From Okamejei kenojei (lineage: Eukaryota), in contig CM069160.1 in NCBI GenBank assembly GCA_035221665.1, positions 6,944,001 to 7,008,000 of the forward strand: a stretch of 64,000 bases of DNA, in the 5' to 3' direction. Under the pieces are notes generated by a model. That model ran no database searches and was not told the origin of the DNA. It saw only the letters and a list, made by a program, of their open reading frames with translations. A program made the translations under genes and the position numbers. Of this stretch, positions 11,005 to 22,104 are shown one piece after another (the stretch's first letter is position 1; the number at the start of each line of letters is the position of its first letter).

Positions 11005-14000
11005 ACCCCCCCCCCCACCACGGCCACATTAGTTTGGTTTATTATCGTTCAATCGGTTATTATCGTCAATCGAATGCACAGACATAGGAGAAAAGAGAAC
11101 AGCTAGTACAGAACCTCCCCTCTCCTCCCCACTGTCCAATCCCCTGCCCCGCCGTCTCCTGATCCCCCCCCCCATTCCCCCCTTTGACCCCACGCCCCCT
11201 CAAACCCTTGTCCCCTCACCCCTTGTCCCCTCTCTCCTCCCCACACTTACCTCCCCCCCCCACCCGTGTCCGTTAACTCCTTTCCTCTCTGCCCCACCCT
11301 TCTGTCCGCTACCCCCTTTTATTCGCCATCCATGGCCCCAGCCTTCGCTCACCCCGCCAGTTCTCCTCACCCCTTCCACTCTCCCCTTCTCACCCCCATC
11401 TCCCTCTCCCCGTCCCCCTCTCCGCTCTCCTGCTCTCCCTCTCCCCTAACCCTCCCCCCTGTCTACCCCTCCCGTCTCTAACCTCCCACTACCCTCCCCC
11501 TCTCTACCCCTCCAATCTCCTTCCCTCCCCTCTCCATCCCTCTTTCCACCCCCCCTCCCTCCCCCCTCCTCTTCTCTCCCATCTCCCATCCCTCCCCTAA
11601 CACCACCCTCCCTCTCCCATTCACCACCCTCTCCTCGAGCCCTACCTCCTCCCCACTCCCCTCCCGCTTCTAACCTTAAACCCTCTCCTTCCCTCTCTCC
11701 CGCTCTAACCTCCTACTCTCCCTCTCCCTCCCTTTCACCTCTCCCCTCCCCGCTCTACCTTCCGTCTTTCCCCCATTCCTCCCCATCACTCTCCCCTCTT
11801 CCTACCTACCCCCCTCCTCCCGCACCTTCTCTCCACTTCTTCCCCCTTCCCTCTCTCCCCGCCCCCCTCTCCCCCTCCCATCTTTCCCCTTTCTACCCTC
11901 CCTTCCCCTCTTCTAACAATCCCTCCCCCTCCCCCTCCATCTACCAACCATCTCCCCTGTCTCCCCTCCAATCCCACCCCCTCATCATCCCTTTCCCCTC
12001 TCCCTCTCCCTCAACCCCCTCCCCTCATCTCACCCGCCCCCTTGCCCTCCCCATCTACCTCCCTCCCATCTCCTCCGCTCCCCCTCCCCTCTACATTCCC
12101 ATCCCGCTCTTCCCCCGTCCCTCTCCACTACCTCTCCCCCATCCCATTCCCACTCTCTCCCTCACACTCCTCCCCTCTCTCGCACCTGCCCCTCTCGCCC
12201 CTCGCCCCTCTCACCCCCCACCTCTCTTCCTCATTCTCTCACACCTTCGTCGTCCCCTACCCCCTCCCTCTCCTCCCTCCCTCCCTCCCCATCTCCATCT
12301 CCCCCGGCCCCTCCTTCCCCCTTCTCACCCTCCCCTCACCCTCGCCCCCTTCTCTCCGTTCTCCCTCGGCCATCCAGCTCCATGCCCCGTGCTCTCCTCC
12401 CCCTCACCTCTCTCCCCTCTCCTGCCCCCCTCCCTCGCCCCTCCCCCTCTCCCTTATTGGCTTTCTCCTCCTCTACCCCTCCACTCCCCTTCTTCCTGCC
12501 ACTATCCCCCCACTACCCCCCCCTCGTCTCGTCTCCCACCTCTCCACCATCCCACTACACTCTCCCTCTAAGCCCTCCTCCTCTCCACTGTCTCCCGCCT
12601 GCCCTCCGCTCTCCTCGCCGTCACTCCTCTCCCATCTACCTCCCCATCTCACCCCATTGTATATTCCCACTGCCCTCCCCCCCCCCCCCCTCTCCCTCGT
12701 CCTCCTCCCTCTTTCTCTCCCTTCTCCCTTCGCCCTCTCCGTCTGTTCCGCTCCCGCTGCTCCCACTCATCTCCCTCCCCCTTCTCTACCCGCCCTCACC
12801 CTCTCCTACCTCTCCACCCCCTTCCCCCCTTCCTCTCCCATTTTCCACACCGCTCGCTCTCCTCTCCCCTATCCACTCACCCCTGCCCCTTCCCTCTCTT
12901 CCCCTCCCCATCTATCTCTCCCCCTCTACTCTCCCCTCCCCCTCCCCCTCCCCTTCCCCTCTTCCCCCATCTCACTTTCCGCCCCTCACTCTCTCCCCAT
13001 CCCATTAACCCCTCCACCGCTCCCCTCCATCTCTCTCCCCCTCCCCTCCCCCCGCCTCACTTCCCCACTCACCCCCCTTCCCCACTCCTCCAACAATCCC
13101 CTCACTCGCCCTTCCCCTTCATACCCTCTCCCTCCACTTTCCGCCTCCACATCCCCCCTCTTCCTCGCACTCCCTCTCCCCCTCCCTCCCGCGCGCCCCT
13201 CCAATCTTACGCGCGCCCCCTCTCCTCCCCCCTCCCCTTCCCCCCCCCTACCCCACCCCCTCCCTCTCCCTCTCTCACCCCCTCCTCCTCCCCTCCCCTT
13301 ACCCCCCCCCCCCCCCCCCTCTCCCTCCCCCTCCCCCCCCCCCCCCCCTACCACTCCCCGTCTCCCCTCTCGTTATCTCATCCCCCCTCTCTCCCCTCAC
13401 CCCCCCTCTCCCAACCCTCCCACAATCCCCTCAAGTCACCCCTTCCCCCCCTCCCGCACTCCCTCTCCCCCCCTCTCATTCCTCCCCTCCCCGTTAACCC
13501 CCTCTCAATCCCCCGTCCACCCTCTCACTCCCCACCCCCCCTCTCCTCCCCCCCTCCCCACTCTCCCCTCCCGCTACTGCCCCCTCTTTTTCCCCTCCCC
13601 TCTCTCCTCTACCCCTCTCCCACCACTCTCCCCACCTCTCCCTACCCCTCCTCCCTCCGTCCCCTCCCTCCCTCTCCCCCTTCCCCTCTCCTCCCCCCTC
13701 TCCCCACACTCCTCTCCCCCCTCCCTCCCCCTCTCCCCGACCCGCTTCCCCTCTCACCCTCCTCCCCCACGCTACCAGGGGATTTCCCACCGGATTATCA
13801 CCTTCGCTGCAAAGCTGGCAGCGGGGCGGGCTGTCAGCCGTGGCGCTGGCCAATGGGAGCAGAGCGCGGCTGTGAGTCACAGAGCAGTTGACTGGGCTAG
13901 AGCGAGGCTGTAACAAGTTGGAGTTTGTGTGTCTGGATAACCCCGCCCCTGCTGCTGTGCTGCTGGCTGCTGCTGTCTGCCGCCGCCAAAGGCGAGCGCG

Positions 14001-15160
14001 CACCCCCCCTTCTATTCACCGCTCTCCCTCCTCTCCTCCTCCTCGATTTACCGTATACCCTGCCCATGCCTTTGCTCTCCATCTCCCCCCTCACCAATTC
14101 TCCTCTCCCCCACATCTCTCACCTTTTCTCTCGAAAGACTGCGGGATCCCCCCCCCTCTACCCGCCTCCACTCCTCTCCATCACCTCTTTCCCCTCCCCC
14201 TCCGACTGCCTCTCCGCTCCCCCCTCTCTCCTTCCCCCTCCTCCGAGCGCCGCCTCCCCCTCGCATTTCCCTTCTCCCCCTAGCCCCTTCCCCGCCTGCC
14301 TCCACTTCTCTCCTCTCCTCCTCCCCTTCCCTATCCCTCTCCGCTCACCCTCCCTACTGGGCCCCCTACACCTCTCCACTCCCCCCCTCCTCCTCTCCCC
14401 TTTTACCACTTTCCCCACTCCTTTCCCACCTATACCCTCTCCCTCCTACTTCCCTTCTCCCCCTCACACTCTCCACCCTCCCTTTCCCCCCTACCCCTGC
14501 CGGCTTCCCCCTCCCTCTCTAACCCCCTCTTCCCCTCTCACCTGTCTGGCCGTTTCGCCCACACTTCCCTCTATCCCCTTCCCCTCCCCTCTCCCTCCCG
14601 CTCCCGCTTCCCCGTCCCCTCACCCTCCCCTCTCACCTCCCCCTCCCCCTCTCCCCTCCGCATCTCCCCTCTCTCTCCCCTCCTCTTCTCACCGCCCCCC
14701 TCTCCAACCCCTAACCCCCTACCCTCTCCCCTCTCGACTCTCTCCCCTCCTCCACCCCACCCTCACCTCCCCATCTCCCTTTCCCCCTCTCCCCTCCCCA
14801 TTCTTCCCCACTATATCACTCTCCCCCCTCTCTCCTCCCGCTACACTTTACGTCACCCACTTTGCTCCGCACCCACTACCCCTCCCCCTTTCTCTCCCCA
14901 TCCCCCCAGCCCCCTATCCCCTGCGCCTCCCTCTCCACGCCCACTACCCCTCCCCCTCTCCCACCTCCCCTCTCCCCTAGCCCTTTCCCCTCTTCCTCTC
15001 TATCCCCTCTTCCTCATCCTGCCTACCCCTCCCCCATCTCCCCTCTTCTCTCCTCTCCCTCTCTACGCAACCAGCCCCTCATCCCACCCCCTCTCCCCTC
15101 CTCCTCCGCCACTCCAATCTCCCCCTCTCTCCCTCCCCTCTCTCTCTACCCCTCCCGTCT
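10900..15160. repeat. Very long polypyrimidine (C/T) low-complexity tract, probably error-prone consensus
   Basis: Almost exclusively C/T on the + strand, with a long poly-C run at about 10960-11015. Interrupted only by regulatory-module copy 1. Confidence 0.9.
13768..14015 (-). promoter_or_regulatory. SXY / ISRE-like / kB module, copy 1 (many small insertions)
   Basis: Homologous to copies 2-4: GGGGATTTCC, CCAAT and TGAGTCA are present, but X1 and S are disrupted by small insertions. Confidence 0.5.
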
Positions 15161-15164
15161 GCAC

Positions 15165-16112
15165 ACAATAATACTCCAGCTGCAGTCTCTGTAGGGCCCT
15201 GTACAACTGCAGAAGGACCGTATCTGCTCCTATACTTCAAACCCTCTTGTTATGAAGGCCGACCAATGCCATTAGCTTTCTTCAGCTGCCTGCTGTACCT
15301 GCATGCTTACTTTCATAGACTGATAAACAATAAACCCCCAAGGGATCCCCTTTTCCTAAACTATGACGCCATTTCAGGATAATAATCTGCCTTCCAGTTC
15401 TTGCCACCAAAGTGGATAAGCTCATATGTATCCATATTAAACTGGCATAGCTGCCATGCATCTGCCCCTCAACCAACCAGTGTCAATCAAGTTACCTGCT
15501 CCAAACTCCTCATAGGCATCATCCTCACAGTTCACACTGTCACCCAGGTCCCAGACGTTGTGTGCGCACAGGGCTTTGTGTCATCTGCAAATTTGGCTAA
15601 TGGTTACTTTTAATCCCTTCAGGTAAGTAATTAATGTATATTGAGTAAAATAGCTGCGGTCCCAGCACTGAGTCTTGCGGTACCCCACTAGTCACTGCAT
15701 TCCATTCTGAAAGTGACCCGTTAATCCCTACACTTTGTTGCCTGTCTGCCAACCAATTTTCTATCCATGTCAGTACCCTACCCTCAATAACAAACATGTG
15801 CTCTCAATTGCTAATCTCCTATGTGGGACCTTATCAAAGGCTTTCTGAACGTCCAGGAAAGTCCACTAGCACCCACGTGTCCATGTTCCTTGTTACATCC
15901 TCAGAAAATTCCAGAACATAGGTCAAGCATGATTTCCCTTTCGTAAATCCACGCTGACTCGGACCGATCCTGTTATTGCTATCCAAATGTGCCGCGATTT
16001 CTTCTTTCTATAATTGACTCCACGCATCTTCCCCACCACCAATGTCAGGCTAACCTGGTCTATAATGGTTCACTGTTTTCACTCTCTTCCCGCCTTTCTT
16101 AAAAAAATAGGA
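15165..16112 (-). mobile_element. CR1 RT fragment (part of the duplicated block)
   Basis: WIENWLADR..VTSGVPQDSVLGP. Shares the 'gtccaggaaagtcc' lesion with 23630-24490. Confidence 0.85.
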
Positions 16113-16114
16113 TA

Positions 16115-16626
16115 ACCGAGGACCAGCCCGGAAGACCCGGCTCGCCCGCCACGTATCGAGGACCCACGGGAACCCAGCTGGAGGGCCGGTGAGCAGACCG
16201 GCTGCGGGAGGGAGTGCACGGCCTGGACGGGGTAGCCGTGGGTCGCTGGAGGCCCTGCAGCTGCCTGGGGCTCGGCTGGACCTGGCGCCGCTCCAAGAGG
16301 CCGAGCACGTGGAGCCAGACGCGGTGGAGCAGCGGTGGAGGACACCACGGCTACGCTTGGCCAGGCCGACCCTGCAACGCCGCCAGGACAACGGGCCTTC
16401 ACGGTCAGATCAAGATCCCTGCACTTACAACAACTGGGACTTGAACATGGCAACAAACTGGCAACTTTGTATTCTGTCTCACTGTACTACTGCTGTACAC
16501 CAGCACTGTATCTACAATGCTTATCTAATATGTATCTAAGTGCTTATGTATAGTGATACTTGTACTAAACTGTATCCAAAAATGAATTTCCCTGTACCTC
16601 GGTACAGGTGGCAAATAAAGTACCAG
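16115..16626 (+). mobile_element. GC-rich non-autonomous retroposon-like element with a Rex1-type 3' tail (copies at 20251-20758 and 24491-25070)
   Basis: Near-identical copies. The 3' end GAATTTCCCTGTACCTCGGTACAGGTG.CAAATAAAGTACCA resembles other LINE tails in the window. Confidence 0.5.
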
Positions 16627-16903
16627 ACCATACCTGTGCCAGTGCACTGTTCAGAAGGAGTGTCCGTGCCAGTGCACTGGACAGAGGGGGTGTCAGTGGA
16701 CAGTCGTGTGACCAGTGACCCGTGGTCATCGCTGTGAATGTGGGAGCATCGTGGGGCTGAACTGGTCAGTCTGTGTGGGGTAAGGGCACGGGAGAGAGAC
16801 TGCTCATCTCTCCTCGCCGAATAAAGACTGATTCTCTCGAGAGCAGGGCAGGGAAAGGGTGCTCTGATCACAAAGGACCTGTTGCCCCTCTGCCCCATCT
16901 CCA

Positions 16904-16951
<48 letters not shown>

Positions 16952-17052
16952 TCTCACAGTAGCTCGGTACAAACCTGAGACTAAACTTCGTCCTTAATTT
17001 TTGTTCTGCCTGTTCTTCACTCCGGAGATTCCCCTAAACACTATGTTGTGCC

Positions 17053-17229
17053 NNNNNNNNNNNNNNNNNNNNNNNNNNNNNNNNNNNNNNNNNNNNNNNN
17101 NNNNNNNNNNNNNNNNNNNNNNNNNNNNNNNNNNNNNNNNNNNNNNNNNNNNNNNNNNNNNNNNNNNNNNNNNNNNNNNNNNNNNNNNNNNNNNNNNNNN
17201 NNNNNNNNNNNNNNNNNNNNNNNNNNNNN
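17053..17229. other. Assembly gap
   Basis: N run. Confidence 1.
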
Positions 17230-17582
17230 CCCCTCCACCTCTCCCCTCCCCCCTCTTCCCTCACGCTCTCCCCCTCCCCCTCTCCCCCTCCCCCCCTCTC
17301 CCCCCCTCCTCCTGTCACCACCCCTCCCTCCATTCAGCCCTTCCCCTCCTCCCCCTCTCCCCTCCCCCGTGTGCCTTCTCCCCTCTTTCCACTCCCATCC
17401 CCCCCCCTCCCCACTGCTTCCCCTCTCTCCTCCGCTGCCCCTCTCTCCCCTTCCTCTCCCTCCTCCCACTCCCCCTCCCCCCCTCTCACACCTCCCTCTC
17501 CGCCATCTACGCTCCCCCCTCTCCCCCTCCGTCCCCCTCCCCCTCTCCCCTCCCTCCCCCTCTCCGCTCCCCCACGCTTCCA

Positions 17583-17704
17583 GGGGATTTCCACCGGATT
17601 CACCTTCGCTGCGAAGCTGCAGCGGGGGCGCGGCTGCTGGCCAATGGGAGCAGAGCGCGGCTGTGAGTCAGCAGTTGCTGGGTAGAGCGAGGCTGTACAG
17701 GTTG
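17583..17704 (-). promoter_or_regulatory. SXY / ISRE-like / kB module, copy 2 (intact spacing)
   Basis: On +: kB GGGGATTTCC 17583-92; CCAAT 17641-45; 18-nt spacer; TGAGTCA 17664-70; GCAGTTGCTGGG 17671-82; 16-nt spacer; AGGTTG 17699-704. On the minus strand this reads S-X1-X2-Y. Confidence 0.72.
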
Positions 17705-18289
17705 AGTTTGTGTGTCTGGATAACCCCGCCGCGCCGCTGCCGCTGCTGCTGCCGCCTGAAGGCCGCGCGCACCCCCTTTTATTCAGTCCGCAGTGGACTG
17801 ACTGAATGCAGAACATGGACACCATATTCTGGAGTAACTCAGTGGGACAGGCAGCATCTCTGGAGAGAAATAATGTGTCCATTCCCGTGAGATGCTGCCT
17901 GTCCGTAGAGTTACTCCAGCATTTTGTGTCTATCTTCGGTTTAAACCAGCCTCTTAGACAATAGTTGCAGGAGGAGAAGACCATTCGGCCCTTCGAGCAA
18001 GCACCGCCATTCACTGTGATCATGGCTGATCATCCACAATCAGTACCCCGTTCCAGTCTTCTCCCCTGACTCCACTATCTTTAAGAGTATCTAATTCTCT
18101 CTTGAAAGCATCCAGAGGATTGGTCTTCATTGTCTTCTGAGGCAGATAATTCCACAGATTCACAACTCTGGGTGAAAACGTTTTTCCTCATCTCTATTCA
18201 AAATAGCCTATCCCTTATTCTTAAACTGTTGCCCTAGGTTCAGGACTCCCTAAATAATCTTATATATTTCAAGATATGTTTCAATATTT

Positions 18290-19037
18290 AATATCAACCT
18301 TAACTGGGGGGCGACCATCGACTCCACAGTCAAAAAGGCACAACAGAGGATGTACTTCCTACGGCAGCTGAGGAAGCACAATCTGCCACAGGTAATGATG
18401 GTCCATTTCTACACCACCATCGTAGAGTCTGTTCTCACCTTCTACATCATGGTCTGGTTTGGCTCAGCCACCAAGCACGACACCTGGAGGCTGCAGCGAA
18501 TCGTCCGATCAGCAGAGAAGGTTATTGGCTGCAACCTTCCCTCCATTGATGAACTGTACACTGCAAGGGCCAGGAAGCGAGCGGGCAAGATCATCTCTGA
18601 CCCCTCTCACCCTGGCCACAAACTCTTTGAATCACGTCCCTCTGGAAGGCGACTAAGGACTGTCAAGGCTGCCAAAGCCAGACATAAAAACTGTTTTTAT
18701 CCATGAATAGTTGATCTACTCAATTGCCAAAACCTGTAGCCTCCTTTTGATCTGGTATTTTGTTGGTTCACATGCTTAATTCATGGAGTTNNNNNNNNNN
18801 NNNNNNNNNNNNNNNNNNNNNNNNNNNNNNNNNNNNNNNNNNNNNNNNNNNNNNNNNNNNNNNNNNNNNNNNNNNNNNNNNNNNNNNNNNNNNNNNNNNN
18901 NNNNNNNNNNNNNNNNNNNNNNNNNNNNNNNNNNNNNCATTCGTAACTGTCACTGTATGTCATGTTGTTACTTGTGGGCGGAAACCCAAGGCAAATTCCT
19001 TGTATGTGAATACTTGGCCAATAAACATACTTACTTA
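18290..19037 (+). mobile_element. Rex1/Babar-type LINE 3' end (spans an assembly gap)
   Basis: YFLRQLRK..FYTTIVESVLTFYIMVWFGS..LQRIVRSAEKVIG..DPSHPGHKLF; tail AATAAA..(TTAC)n. Confidence 0.8.
18791..18937. other. Assembly gap
   Basis: N run. Confidence 1.
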
Positions 19038-21738
19038 CGTAAGATCCCCTCTCATCCTTCTACATTCCAGTGTATACAAGCCCAGTCGCTCCATTCTCTC
19101 AACATATGACAGTCCCGCCATCCCGGGAATAAACGTCGTGAACCTACGTTGCACGCCCTCAATAGGAAGAATGTCCTTCCTCAAATTTGGAGACAAAACC
19201 TGCACGCAATACTCCAGGTGTGGTCTCATCAGGGCCCTGTATAACTGCAGAATGACCTCTTTGCTCCTATACTCAACTCCTCTTGTTATAAAGGCCAACA
19301 TGCCATTTGGCTTTCTTCACTGCCTGCTGAACCTGCATGCGTACTTTCATAGACTGATGTGCAATTAACCCCCAAGATCCCTTTTCCTAACGACGTCATT
19401 CAGATCCCCTTTTCCTAACTTGGCGTCATCAGGGCCCTGTATAACTGCAGAATGACCTCTTTGCTCCTATACTCAACTCCTATTGTTATGAAGGCCAACA
19501 TGCCATTAGTTTTCTGCACTGCCTGCTGTACCAGCATGCTTACTTTTATTGACAGATGAACAAGGACCCCCCAGATCTCGTTGTACTTCCCCTTTTCCTA
19601 ACATGACACAATTCAGATAATAATCTGCCTTCCTGTGAGATACTCTTGCCGACAAAGTGGATAACCTCACATTTATCCATATTAAACTGCATTTGCCATG
19701 CATCTGCCCTCTTACCCAACCTGTCCAAGTCACCCCGCATCCTCATAGCATCCGACTCACAGTTCACATTGCCCCCTCTCCCCAGCTTTGTGTCATCTGC
19801 AAATTTACTTATGTTACTTTTAAACCTTTCATCGAAATCGTTAATATATATTGTAAATATCTGCCGTTAATCCCTTCACTTTGTCTGCCAACAAATTTTC
19901 TATCCTTGTCAGTACCCGACCCCCAATGCCATGTGCCCTAATTTAGCCCACTAATCTCCAATGTGGGATCTTATCAAATGCGTTCTGAAAGTCCAGCTAC
20001 ACTACATCCACTGGCTCACCTTTGTCCATTTTCCTAGTTACATCTTATGAAAACTCCAGAGGAGTAGTCAAGCATGATTTCCCCTTTGTAAAACTAATGC
20101 TGACTCGGACCGATCCTATTACTGCTCTGCAAATGTGTCGCGATTTCATCTTTTATAATTGACTCCAGCATCTTCCCCACCAACAATGTAGGGCTAACTG
20201 GTCTATAATTCCCTGTTTTCTCTCTCTCGCCTTTCTTAAAAAGTGGGATAACCGAGGACCAGCCCGGAAGACACGGCTTGCTTGCCACATATCGAGGACC
20301 CACGGGAACCCAGCTGGAGGGCCGGTGAGCAGACCGGCTGCGGGAGGGAGTGCACGGCCTCGACGGGGGAGTGGGCCGCTGGAGGCCCTGCAGCTGCCTG
20401 GGGCTCGGCTGGACCTGGCGCCGCTCCAAGAGGCCGAGCACGTGGACCAGACGCGGTGGAGCAGCGGTGGAGGACACCACGGCTACGCTTGGCCAGGCCG
20501 ACCCTGCAACGCCGCCAGGACAACGGGCCTTCACGGTCAGATCAAGATCCCTGCACTTACAACAACTGGGACTTGAACATGGCAACAAACTGGCAACTTT
20601 GTATTCTGTCTCACTGTACTACTGCTGTACACCAGCACTGTATCTACAATGCTTATCTAATATGTATCTAAGTGCTTATGTATAGTGATACTTGTACTAA
20701 ACTGTATCCAAAAATGAATTTCCCTGTACCTCGGTACAGGTGACAAATAAAGTACCAGACCATACCTGTGCCAGTGCACTGTTCAGAAGGAGTGTCCGTG
20801 CCAGTGCACTGGACAGAGGGGGTGTCAGTGGACAGTCGTGTGACCAGTGACCCGTGGTCATCGCTGTGAATGTGGGAGCATCGTGGGGCTGAACTGGTCA
20901 GTCTGTGTGGGGTAAGGGCACGGGAGAGATACTGCTCATCTCTCCTCGCCGAATAAAGACTGATTCTCTCGAGAGCAGGGCAGGGAAAGGGTGCTCTGAT
21001 CACAAAGGACCTGTTGCCCCTCTGCCCCATCTCCATCTCTCTCACTCTTGGTCTCACAGTACCTCGGTACACATGAGAATAAACTTCGTCCTTTATTTTT
21101 GTTCTGCCTGTTCTTCACCCTGGAGCTCCCCCAACACTATGTTGTGCCCTCCGTCCGTCTCTTCCTCGCCCTCTCCCTCTCTCTCTCTTTCTTTCTTTCT
21201 CTCCCACTCTCTGCCCGATCTCTCTCTCTCTGTGCCCCTCTCCTCCCTCTCTCACGTTGCCCCTCTCCCACCCACTCCCTGTCGCTCTCTCTCTGTCTCT
21301 TCCCCCTCCCTCCCCTCCCCCCCTCTTCCCCTCATCTCCCCTCTCCCCTCCCCCTCCTCCACCCCTCCCTCCCATTCAGCCCCTTCCCCTCTTTCCCTCC
21401 TCCCCCTCCCCGTCTCTGTCTGCTCCACTCTTTCCACTCCCCTTTCCCCTCTCTCCCCCTCCCTACCCCTTCCCCTCACCTCTCCCTGCTGTCCCTCTCT
21501 CCCCTTCCACTCCCCTTCCACTCCCCCCCCTCTCATTATCCCTCCCCCCTCTCCGCCCCCCCCACACCGTCTGTCACTCTCCCCTCTCCCCTCCCACCCC
21601 CCTCCCCCCCCCTACACCCTCCCCTTCCCCGCTCTCCACACCCCTTCCCCTTCCCCCCTTTCCACTCCCCCTCCCCCTCTCTTCCCTCTACGATCCCCCT
21701 CTCCCCCCTGCGTCCCTCTCCCCTCCCCCACGCTACCA

Positions 21739-21854
21739 GGGGACTTTCACCGGTTTCACCTTCGCTGCGAAGCTGCAGCGGGGCGCGGCTGCCAGCCGTG
21801 TTGCTGGCCAATGTGAGTCAGCAGTTGCTGGGTAGAGCGAGGCTGTACAGGTTG
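21739..21854 (-). promoter_or_regulatory. SXY / ISRE-like / kB module, copy 3 (17-bp deletion between X2 and Y)
   Basis: GGGGACTTTC, GGTTTCACCTTC, then CCAAT-G-TGAGTCA (1-nt spacer instead of 18). X1 and S are intact. Confidence 0.65.
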
Positions 21855-22104
21855 AGTTGTTGTCTCTGGATAATCCCGCTGCTGCTGCTGCTGCTGCTGC
21901 TGCCTAAAGGCAGCGCGCACCCCTTCTATTCAGTCCGCAGTGGACTGAATGCAGAACATGGACACCATAACCTGGAGTAGCAGCGGAACAGGCAGCATCT
22001 TTGGGGAGAGTGAATGGGTCCATTCCCGTGAGATGCTGCTTGTTCGTTGAGCTACTCCAGCATTTTGTGTCTATCTTCGGTTCCAACCAGCACCTTAGAC
22101 AATA

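Larger units (their letters stand above)
17960..20248 (-). mobile_element. CR1 3' half, interrupted by a Rex1-type LINE
   Basis: RT C-terminal peptides ([21 protein letters not shown]). The CR1 sequence resumes at about 19038 where it stopped at about 18285. Confidence 0.85.

Noticed and set aside
12042-14980. Long Pro/Ser/Leu-rich ORFs (623 aa and 351 aa)
   Set aside because: Artefacts of C/T low-complexity DNA, which lacks stop codons.
16115-16540. Protein-coding exon in the GC-rich duplicated segment
   Set aside because: Reading frames differ between copies, no domain is recognisable, and it ends in a LINE-type tail.
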